Shown piece after piece: positions 55,970 to 64,000 of a DNA stretch of 64,000 bases (position 1 is its first letter; each line of letters starts with the position of its first letter). Position numbers and translations under genes: made by a program. The notes below the pieces were generated by a model that was given only the letters and a program-made list of their open reading frames with translations, was not told the DNA's origin and searched no databases. Origin of the DNA: Candidatus Latescibacterota bacterium (lineage in GTDB: Bacteria; Latescibacterota; UBA2968); NCBI GenBank assembly GCA_965207885.1, contig OZ242311.1, forward strand, positions 3,968,001 through 4,032,000, written 5' to 3'.

Positions 55970-56006
55970 AAAACGGCGATGGACATAAGTCCACCGCCGT
56001 TTTTTG
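55970..56006. terminator. Bidirectional terminator
   Basis: AAAACGGCGATGGAC-ATAA-GTCCACCGCCGTTTTT between convergent genes. Confidence 0.8.
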
Positions 56007-56019
56007 GTTTAAGGGTTAA

Positions 56020-57141
56020 TCAGAAACTAATCGCGGCACTCACCATCTGCACGGGATCGGTGAAAGACGTATTGAAATGCTTGAACGCATAATCGATGCG
56101 AACGCCTTTCCCGGCCTCGGTTTTGTAATCAATACCGCCGCCGAACGAATAATCTTCCAGATCGTGGTTGTTCTTATACCCACCGCGCAGGGCAAAACCC
56201 ATCGCAGAGGTCGCCTGCTTGAACCGATATTCTACACCCACAAGCGTGCGCTCGTCGAAATCTATCGGACTATGGATCTCAGTGGCGAGACTCAGATGAT
56301 GCGGCACAGGGGTTCGGCCAAACAGCGAAATCAGATCAAAGACAAAACCCAGACGGAAGGACCGGGGCAACTCGAAATGTTCGCGCTGAAACTGAGACTC
56401 TCCTCCCGGACTGAAATTCCGCACGCTCATAGCAATCACCATATTCCGGAATCCCGTATTGAAATAGGTCCCGATATCCACGGCAAAAGCATTGAGATCA
56501 TTCGACTGCGTTTGCCGACTACCAGCGACAAAGACCTCACTCGATCCCAACCCCTGATGGGCAAAACGCGCCATTGCCCCTACCGAAAACCGATCGGTAA
56601 TCTGAAAACCCCAGCCTGCGGACAGGGCGTAATTCGTCGTGGTAAATGTACCCGTCTCGGTGAATCCCACACTGGCGGGGTCGGGATTGATCCTGGTGCC
56701 ATTGATCTCTCCCGCGCTGTGCGTGACAAAGCCCACGCCAAAGGTACCCGGTGCATTTGGAAATTTGAAAACCGCACCGGCAACCTGGTGATTTGTTTCA
56801 AAAATCCACTTGGCATGGGTAAAAAACGCCTGCCGTTCGTGTACAAAACCCAGCAACCCCGGGTTTAGAAACACCGCTCCCGACGCATCGCCGATCAAAC
56901 CTACGCCCGCATCTGCCATTGCGGCTCGCCGCGCATCTGTGGAAAATCCGAGAAACACAAAACCGCTCTGCGCGGATTTCACACCCGAAGGTCTGACTTC
57001 TTCCTGATTGGGATAAATGGGTTCCAGATCGCGAATCTTTTCGCCGCCGAGAACCCGGGGATCTTCAAATTGAGCATTGGCCTGCACGCCAGAAAGGACG
57101 AATGCCAGCAGACAGACCCAAATAATATTATGTAATTTCAC
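56020..57141 (-). CDS. PorV/PorQ-family outer-membrane barrel
   Basis: KSAQSGFVFL, ARRAAMADA, AVFLNPGLL, DIGTYF, LRGGY, C-terminal F. Confidence 0.82.
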   Translation of the reverse strand: MKLHNIIWVCLLAFVLSGVQANAQFEDPRVLGGEKIRDLEPIYPNQEEVRPSGVKSAQSGFVFLGFSTDARRAAMADAGVGLIGDASGAVFLNPGLLGFVHERQAFFTHAKWIFETNHQVAGAVFKFPNAPGTFGVGFVTHSAGEINGTRINPDPASVGFTETGTFTTTNYALSAGWGFQITDRFSVGAMARFAHQGLGSSEVFVAGSRQTQSNDLNAFAVDIGTYFNTGFRNMVIAMSVRNFSPGGESQFQREHFELPRSFRLGFVFDLISLFGRTPVPHHLSLATEIHSPIDFDERTLVGVEYRFKQATSAMGFALRGGYKNNHDLEDYSFGGGIDYKTEAGKGVRIDYAFKHFNTSFTDPVQMVSAAISF

Positions 57142-57160
57142 AACAGCCTCCTCGTCTGAC

Positions 57161-59380
57161 CTACCGAATAACCACGAACTTCTCGATATCGGTTTCGCCC
57201 GTGTCGGGATTAGTAATATGCGCTACGTACACGCCGCTGACAATGAACTGGTTGTTGTCATTTGCCATCAGCGCCCACTCCTCGTCGCCCGAACCGGAAA
57301 TGTGATCGAGCCGCGTGACCAGATCGCCCTGAAGCGTAAAGATCCGGATAATGGCTCGAGCGGGCAGATTCACAAAGAGCAACTTGTTGGGCTGCCCCGT
57401 GAAGTTCAAACCGCCTGCCGACAAATCGCCACCCAAAATACTATAGGGATTGGGCACGACGCGAACGCTTGTCAGATCGTTGACAGGAGCAGAAAATGGA
57501 CTCACGCCATTGCCGAGACCGCGCGTGGCAAAAATGCTGCTCTCTTGCCCATCGGCATCCACGGCCGTAACCGCGTAGAAATACCGCTCACCGCGCACGA
57601 CGTCTGTGTCGATATGGCTGGTTCCCGTAATGAGCGTATTGCCATTGACCGCTATTGGCGGGTCGGGCAAATTGGTTTCATGACCGACCATCTTGTAGAG
57701 ATTGTAGCCCACGGCATCGGAAACCGCTGACCATTCGATCTCATTTTGCGCGGGACCCGATTTGTAGGCCACATTGGAAGGCCACGACGGACCGAGCGGA
57801 AGACTCGGCGCCATCCCGATGGGCCACGACACTTCCTTGCCCTGCACAGTGCCGTTAACCGTGCGGCGATCCCGCCATGCCTGTCGCGCCAGTTCCACAC
57901 CCTTCATCAGCGAATCCTGACCGCTATTGAGAAAAGCCTCTTTCTGCTCGAAGGAAATCGAACCATTGGCCCACTGCGCGCCAACGCGCTTGTTCTCATC
58001 TGTATGTGGGCCAGCCACGACCCAGGCTTCTACGATATGAACCCACTCCCCGGGTTTCAGATCCCACGGTCCCCAGGTCATCTGAAATGCCCACATATCG
58101 ACAGACGTGGGTTGGTGGTCGGGGGCGTCACTCTGGAAAATGCGTTGATCGCGCGTCGTCCCCGGTTCCACGATAAAGTCATAGACCTCGGGGCGGGTAT
58201 TCCCATCTGAAGAGCGCCAGCTAGAGCCTTCAACGCGCTTTATCAGACGGGGTTGAGAGGATTCGGAGTTCGGGTCGTTGATAAACCAGTTATTCCCATC
58301 GGACAAATCTTCAAAAGTCGTGGGATTTTGCGAGACGTAGAGCCAGACCTTGCCCTTGTATTCGGACTCTAAAAACTCGCCAGACGAGATCCGCGCTGCC
58401 TTGGCCAGTTCGAGAGCCCCGTGACCTTCAGCGGGCGCGGGTTCGCCGCGATCATCGCCATCCGGGCGGTATCCAGCTTTGTTGGCTGAGTCGGCGTCTC
58501 GCGCATAGAAGAGCTTTTGCTCGTCGTCGTAAAAATAAAGCTCGTCCCATTCGCCGAGCGCGCCGAGATTTGCCGTGCGGTGACGAGATCCAACTTCTAC
58601 TGCGCCCTCATCCCGCACCTCGCCGGCCGGACCTTGCCCACCGCCTCTCTGGATATACGCGTTTTGCCCGATGTAAAGGTTCTTAAACACCGGATTGGCC
58701 GTGCTCGACTCGGGGCTCGGCGCAGACCCGCGCGCGCCCACTCTTGAATCGGGAACATTGGGCGGATCGGGACGGCCATAACTCCGGATCAGGATAAACA
58801 TATCATCCTGCTCTGGACTTTGCCAGGCATAGAGCCTGCGCCGCTCCGTGAGACCACCCGCATACCCCACTTCGAGCGGGATCAACAGATCGGCAGTCAG
58901 ATCTGGGATCACCTGATCGAGGCGGTCGGGAAAAATCGTCCACAGCGTCTGAGACAAGTTCACGCCATCCTGCGTAACAGTTGGCGGCTGGTTGCGGTAA
59001 ATTTTTGGCGTAAGACCATCGCCGAGTTCAAAATGCGTGCGCGTAAAATCCCGCGCGTCTTCCTTATAGTCATTTACAAACTTTGTAAATGGCTTGCCCA
59101 ACAACTCGGGCTGGTCGCCTTGAAATGGCTCAAAATAGGAAGGAACATTAAAATCTTCTATGGCAAACTGCCACCACCCGTCCATAACCCGCGCATTTTC
59201 AGTACGGACATCGGGATTGGTGAAACCCGTCGCTCGTCCACCCGGGGAATTGATAATGACGAAATAGTCGATACTGGGCCAGTTTCCCCACATCCTTCCG
59301 ATCCATTGTGCGCTGGCATCGCTCAATGGCATGAGCAAAGCCGCGAATATCAGAAGTGTTGTAAATCGTCTTTGTATCAC
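57161..59380 (-). CDS. Secreted protein with FN3-like domain and T9SS-like C-terminal sorting domain
   Basis: Signal peptide; GYNLY...YFYAVTAVD (FN3); VVPNPY...FVNLP..IRIFTLQGDLV..SGVY..KFVVIR. Confidence 0.78.
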   Translation of the reverse strand: MIQRRFTTLLIFAALLMPLSDASAQWIGRMWGNWPSIDYFVIINSPGGRATGFTNPDVRTENARVMDGWWQFAIEDFNVPSYFEPFQGDQPELLGKPFTKFVNDYKEDARDFTRTHFELGDGLTPKIYRNQPPTVTQDGVNLSQTLWTIFPDRLDQVIPDLTADLLIPLEVGYAGGLTERRRLYAWQSPEQDDMFILIRSYGRPDPPNVPDSRVGARGSAPSPESSTANPVFKNLYIGQNAYIQRGGGQGPAGEVRDEGAVEVGSRHRTANLGALGEWDELYFYDDEQKLFYARDADSANKAGYRPDGDDRGEPAPAEGHGALELAKAARISSGEFLESEYKGKVWLYVSQNPTTFEDLSDGNNWFINDPNSESSQPRLIKRVEGSSWRSSDGNTRPEVYDFIVEPGTTRDQRIFQSDAPDHQPTSVDMWAFQMTWGPWDLKPGEWVHIVEAWVVAGPHTDENKRVGAQWANGSISFEQKEAFLNSGQDSLMKGVELARQAWRDRRTVNGTVQGKEVSWPIGMAPSLPLGPSWPSNVAYKSGPAQNEIEWSAVSDAVGYNLYKMVGHETNLPDPPIAVNGNTLITGTSHIDTDVVRGERYFYAVTAVDADGQESSIFATRGLGNGVSPFSAPVNDLTSVRVVPNPYSILGGDLSAGGLNFTGQPNKLLFVNLPARAIIRIFTLQGDLVTRLDHISGSGDEEWALMANDNNQFIVSGVYVAHITNPDTGETDIEKFVVIR

Positions 59381-59505
59381 ATTTCTCTCCTATACATTAA
59401 GACGTAAACGTGAAAAAAATAAAGATGCCCTCCCAGCCCTTCCCCAGCACAGGCGAAGCCTGAACGGGGAAGGAGGGGCAGGTCCCAAGAAATTAAAATA
59501 GCTTC

Positions 59506-62500
59506 TCAGAAACTAAACCTGGCACCAAACGTAATATCCCGCCGGTCACTAAAGAGGAGTGAAGGACGTCGCATATCCGGGAAATCTAAGACATCGGTAC
59601 CCGGTCGCTTACCTTCTTGCAATTTGCCATTTGAATCTACTGTCCAGCCTATCGATTCCATATACGCGCGGAAGCGATTGCCAGTACTCGTGCCTTGATA
59701 TACAAAGGCCTGGCCACCGCTGAAGCTGCCCACGCCTCCTCTGGGTGTATCTTCGGGTGCAGTCCCAAAAAGGTCGTTGCGATTGCCGCCGCCCAGGGTG
59801 TGCGTATTTTGGAAGTTGAGCGGGTTGGAAATCTCTACGAACAGCATAGGCGATCCCGGCATATCGAACATCTTGGAAATGCGCAGGTGCGCGGCGTATT
59901 CATCGACCCACTGCGCGTTGAGCACATTGATCAGCGAAGCATCTGCATTGCCCGGATTGTAGTTGAACCACTCTCCCGCCTCGCGATCAAGGTAGAAACC
60001 GAAATTCCAGCCACCCTTGAGCATCCGCTGTTCGCCGCCGTAATCGAGGGGTGTTCGGAAATTGCCGCCCAATTTTATCTGAGGCTTTGCCTTGAATGGC
60101 GGCGCGGCATTGTTCGGGTTACCCTCAAGCACGGTTATCGAAGGCGTTGAAACCGTCTTCGCATCGCGGATATCTTGCCACGCTGTGTTGCGAACCCGCG
60201 CCTGGCGAATATCATAAGACAAGAAACCTGTAAAGAACTGGCCCCGAGTCTTCTGCAACTTCAGTTCCAGCCCGCGCGCATCAGTCACAAAGGCATTTTG
60301 CGTGTTGCGAGGAGCACCCGTGTTAAATGCGCCCCTGATCCGCACGGCAGGCCAAGCTTCGTTCTCGCCATCTTTGAAATAAACCGTTCCCGTCAAAAGA
60401 TACTGCCCCTGGAAGCTGCGTTCATATCCCATTTCATACTGAATCGTGCGCTCCATCTTCATCCACGGATTGCCAAAAAACTCCAGCGACTGCCCCAAAC
60501 CACTCTGCGTGCGATACATATCGCGCGTATTCACAATCTGGTTAAAGTGCCCGTAGTTGATGAACATTTTGCTCAAATCCGTAATCGGATAAGACGCGCC
60601 AAAACGGGGGCTGAAAGCCCAATCGGTTGGCGGGCGCACCTTGCGCACCGCGCGATAAACAGCTTCGGCATCTCTGCCAAACCACGGGAAATGGGTTTCA
60701 TTTGGAAGGTCGAAATAAAGGTCGGGACGATGCCAATCCAGACGAACACCGGCATTGACCACGATATCGCGATACTCCATCCTGTCCTGGAAAAAGACGC
60801 CGCCGAAGATCGGGGTTTTCACAAAATAGTTGTTGTGGTCACCCGTTGCGCCGCCCGAAGGCACATCCGATTCATTGAAAACGCCATCCCCGTTGATATC
60901 GCCACCGTTGGGCAGGTCAGGATCGCTGCGCCCGGTCCACGGAAAGATCACGTCATCGGTTGAACTGACGCGCGGGCCTTCGTACTCATCCCTGTAAATG
61001 GGATCGCTGAATTCGGGAACTGCGGCTGGCACCATACCCCGGTTTTCGTGCAAATTGAAATGATGCACCTGCACACCGGCTTTAATCTGGTGATGCGGGG
61101 TAATCTGGCTGGTGAAATCAGCCGTAATATCGAGATCATCCATGGTGGACCAGTCGCCTGCACGGCTATTGCCACCACCGCCCTGCATTCGGAAAATATT
61201 GAGAATATCATTGCCACCGGGCTTGTAATTCCAGCCAAAGGGCGCTTCGTTCAGAACCACGGCACCCCGCGCTCTGGCCGCATCGGCACTACTCTCATCG
61301 ACCGGTTCCATCGAACCATCTGTGTGGATAGCCATTGCGGGCGCGTTGGTCAGTTTTTGCGGATGCCATTGCGTGGTCCAATCCGCACCGCCAAACCGCG
61401 CCGTCAAGTTGTAAAACGTCTTGGGCGACAAAGTGTGTGTCCAGGAGACCAACCCGTGATTGCGCTCAATTAGCATCTTCTGGAATTCGGCAGCGGGCAT
61501 AAACATGCGCGAATGGTTATAGTTCTCAAAAACCGCCTGCTGTGTGCGCTGTGGCACGCCCACATTATTGCCCTGATGGCTCCCGTGCTGGAATCCCCGA
61601 ATATACTGCACACTCAATTTGGTCGTGGCAGTGGGGGTAAACGTCAGCTTGAGTTGTGTGGTATTGTCCCGATAAGAAACCGTGGCCACATCAAAGGGAT
61701 AGGCCATGCGCTCTTTGCGGCTCGATGCCGTGAACCCCACCTTGTCCTTCAAAATTGGGCCACCAACCGTAATATCCCACAAATAATCGTAATCGCGGTC
61801 TTCCGGGTTTGCGTTAAACGGACCATCGGCATACGGATCATCTCCGTCATGACTCCGATGCTGCCAGGCCCATATTCCCCGGGCCTGCTCAACAGTGGTA
61901 ATGGGATCGCCACTTACGCCAGCCACCCATTGTTGTCCACCGGCTGTGCGATTTGCGAGTTCCTGATTCCAGCCAATAAAGTCCGGCTCACCATCTCCAT
62001 TGCGGTCCTCGGTAGGACTATTGGACTGAAAACGCCCCACATCCCACCAGTTGTCTTCAGAATAGAGATTGGGTCCAAAGTGCTTCTTGCCAGCGGGATT
62101 GTACGTACCTTCTGCCGAAACAAAAAACTGGCTGGGTTCTTTGGTCACAAAGTTCACGACTCCACCGCGGATATTCCCGTATTCGGCATTAAAACCACCT
62201 GTGAGCACCTGAACCTGCTTGATCGCGGTCTTTGAAAAAGATGTATAAGCGCGCTGATGGCGATTGTCAGCCGCGGTCACGCCGTCCATGTTAAAACCGA
62301 TGTTCATGGCGTTTTCACCGCGAATGGTAATACCCCATGCATCTTTATCTAAACCCACTTGCGTGGCGACCTGATCCCGAATGCGCGCACCAACGGGAAT
62401 TGTCTCGAGTTGCTCCTGCGTAATCGCCTGCTGCGCATACGATACGTCCATCTGAACCGGATCGAGATCGGCTGTCACCACAATAGCATCCAACTCGACC

Positions 62501-62853
62501 GTCGATTCTTTGAGCTGGAAGTCAACCGTCGCGGTGCGGTCTAAAAGCACTTCCACTTCGGTCTTGGAAACGCTCTGATAACCCACGAGAGAAGCCCGCA
62601 CTTCGTAAATGCCCGGCGACACGCGCAAAATGAAATACTCGCCGTTGACATCGACCGTCGCGCCCATCTGTGTACCCACCACCACGACATTGGCCCCGGG
62701 TAACGGCTCGCCAGAATCTGCGTCTGTAACGCGCCCGGCGATCTTCCCCGTGGTCTGCGCATGCAACCCAACCGGCAAGGCAAGCAACACTGTACACAAC
62801 AGTGCCACCCAAAATCCCGACGGGTGAAAAACATCACTGTAAACGTTCTTCAT
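59506..62853 (-). CDS. TonB-dependent receptor (Oar-like, large)
   Basis: GKIAGRVTD..GEPLPGANV, IRG, TGGFNAEYG, FSPRFG, YEMG, C-terminal F. Confidence 0.92.
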   Translation of the reverse strand: MKNVYSDVFHPSGFWVALLCTVLLALPVGLHAQTTGKIAGRVTDADSGEPLPGANVVVVGTQMGATVDVNGEYFILRVSPGIYEVRASLVGYQSVSKTEVEVLLDRTATVDFQLKESTVELDAIVVTADLDPVQMDVSYAQQAITQEQLETIPVGARIRDQVATQVGLDKDAWGITIRGENAMNIGFNMDGVTAADNRHQRAYTSFSKTAIKQVQVLTGGFNAEYGNIRGGVVNFVTKEPSQFFVSAEGTYNPAGKKHFGPNLYSEDNWWDVGRFQSNSPTEDRNGDGEPDFIGWNQELANRTAGGQQWVAGVSGDPITTVEQARGIWAWQHRSHDGDDPYADGPFNANPEDRDYDYLWDITVGGPILKDKVGFTASSRKERMAYPFDVATVSYRDNTTQLKLTFTPTATTKLSVQYIRGFQHGSHQGNNVGVPQRTQQAVFENYNHSRMFMPAAEFQKMLIERNHGLVSWTHTLSPKTFYNLTARFGGADWTTQWHPQKLTNAPAMAIHTDGSMEPVDESSADAARARGAVVLNEAPFGWNYKPGGNDILNIFRMQGGGGNSRAGDWSTMDDLDITADFTSQITPHHQIKAGVQVHHFNLHENRGMVPAAVPEFSDPIYRDEYEGPRVSSTDDVIFPWTGRSDPDLPNGGDINGDGVFNESDVPSGGATGDHNNYFVKTPIFGGVFFQDRMEYRDIVVNAGVRLDWHRPDLYFDLPNETHFPWFGRDAEAVYRAVRKVRPPTDWAFSPRFGASYPITDLSKMFINYGHFNQIVNTRDMYRTQSGLGQSLEFFGNPWMKMERTIQYEMGYERSFQGQYLLTGTVYFKDGENEAWPAVRIRGAFNTGAPRNTQNAFVTDARGLELKLQKTRGQFFTGFLSYDIRQARVRNTAWQDIRDAKTVSTPSITVLEGNPNNAAPPFKAKPQIKLGGNFRTPLDYGGEQRMLKGGWNFGFYLDREAGEWFNYNPGNADASLINVLNAQWVDEYAAHLRISKMFDMPGSPMLFVEISNPLNFQNTHTLGGGNRNDLFGTAPEDTPRGGVGSFSGGQAFVYQGTSTGNRFRAYMESIGWTVDSNGKLQEGKRPGTDVLDFPDMRRPSLLFSDRRDITFGARFSF

Positions 62854-62915
62854 GCTCTACCTCCTTTGGGGGGTGAAAAAAACGATACGTATTTTGTGAT
62901 TCTACACCAAATATA

Positions 62916-62944
62916 AGTTTATGGACTCCAATTCCCATTGTCAA
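62916..62944 (-). promoter_or_regulatory. Sigma-70 promoter of the TonB receptor operon
   Basis: TTGACA-N17-TAAACT on the minus strand. Confidence 0.65.
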
Positions 62945-62966
62945 GTGAAAGTTTACCCATTATCTT

Positions 62967-64000
62967 CATGGTACACGACAAAACTTAAATTGTTTTAAAC
63001 AGTGGCGGATTACTCAGTAAACGAATGCATATGAGGAACTGTTGGGTTTGTTGGTTTATATTGAGCAGGACATACTGCAAATAGTCCAACCCATATCGGA
63101 AGAGACTTTTCTCCATCCGCCCGTGATTTTTGATCGTCAAAGGATTTGTTTTTGCTATCCATTCGCCGATGATATGCGCCCAGATGCAGGCAATGGCCAA
63201 AAGCGCGATGAGTTTCTCAATGCGGTCTTGATGTATAAGATGGGTCTCTTCCAGATTAAATCCTCGACTTTTAAGATTGGCAAAAAGGACTTCAATGCCC
63301 CATCGTTTTTTATAGGTATCCAATGCGGCTTGACCTTTTTGGTTGCTGGCAAGAATGAGGTATTGGTCCTTCAATCTTAGTGCAGACAGATATACAGGCA
63401 GGTCATAAACGCGGTGGCGTTTGCACAAGTTGACCTGCTGATGGATATTAAGATTTTCAAACCGTTTTCTTATGGGGATCTCTCTACCGCCTGATGAGAC
63501 AAGAGCGTTTTCCTTGATGCGAATAACAAAGGGTATATTTTGTGTGTCTAACCACCTAAACCATTCTCTTCCAATAAATTCTCTGTCTGCGACGACAACG
63601 CGGATATGCGATTTGCAGATGCAGTTGAGCATTTCTTGCATCAAATGGATACGCTCATCACTATTGGAATTGCCCCGTTTTTTTAACAAGTGCCAACAGA
63701 TAGGAAAGGCGACCCCTTCATAGATAATGCCTGCGGTTAGGATGTTGATATTGAATTTTCCCAACTTCCAATTGGTGCGATCTATTGAGACTATAAAATC
63801 CGACTTTATAGGTAATAAGTGCAAGATCAATTGTCTCACACACGCATAGGGTAAGGCAAAGTGGGCAAAGAAGCGTTGGATACGACGATAATTAGATTTC
63901 TGCTTGACGGTTCCATTGAGTGCGTTTGCCAGTTTCATAAAATTGACGCTACGCAATTTTATCAGCGACAATATGAACGCAGCGGTAAACGTTATTCGGG
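62967..64000 (-). mobile_element. IS4-family element (partial)
   Basis: Transposase plus probable terminus CATGGTACACGACAAAA; the other end is not visible, so the boundary is approximate. Confidence 0.7.
62985..64000 (-). CDS. IS4-family DDE transposase (5' end beyond the right edge)
   Basis: SIDRTNW, ADREF, YKKRWGIEVLFANLKSRGFNLEETH; frame is open to the window edge. Confidence 0.92.
   Translation of the reverse strand, partial: RITFTAAFILSLIKLRSVNFMKLANALNGTVKQKSNYRRIQRFFAHFALPYACVRQLILHLLPIKSDFIVSIDRTNWKLGKFNINILTAGIIYEGVAFPICWHLLKKRGNSNSDERIHLMQEMLNCICKSHIRVVVADREFIGREWFRWLDTQNIPFVIRIKENALVSSGGREIPIRKRFENLNIHQQVNLCKRHRVYDLPVYLSALRLKDQYLILASNQKGQAALDTYKKRWGIEVLFANLKSRGFNLEETHLIHQDRIEKLIALLAIACIWAHIIGEWIAKTNPLTIKNHGRMEKSLFRYGLDYLQYVLLNINQQTQQFLICIRLLSNPPLFKTI

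Overview
Bacterial chromosomal window, probably from an FCB-superphylum lineage (Latescibacterota/Gemmatimonadota-like). This is inferred from dockerin-like EF-hand and LRR surface proteins, PorV-like and C25 proteins, TonB receptors, and repeated PhyH and Gfo/Idh/MocA genes, a content resembling marine host-associated symbionts. The key discovery is missing from the supplied ORF track because it runs off the left edge. A minus-strand ORF from 1973 to beyond base 1 (657 codons visible, hand-translated, no stops) encodes a drastically miniaturised RNA polymerase in one polypeptide: a ~540-aa RpoB (beta) core fused in frame to a shrunken RpoC (beta') N-terminus. The beta catalytic residues are kept, while the lobe, flap, zinc-binding domain, lid and rudder are missing. 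It lies downstream of an ECF sigma factor (lacking region 2.1-2.2) and an ABC exporter, behind an ECF-type promoter. The rest holds uvrB and nadC with an inserted type II RM system, catabolic oxidoreductases, a glycosyltransferase cluster ending in a 1892-aa C25/PorU-like protein, two TonB-receptor operons (one with a sorting-domain cargo and PorV-like barrel), tRNA-Thr(CGT), an IS5-family element and a partial IS4-family element.
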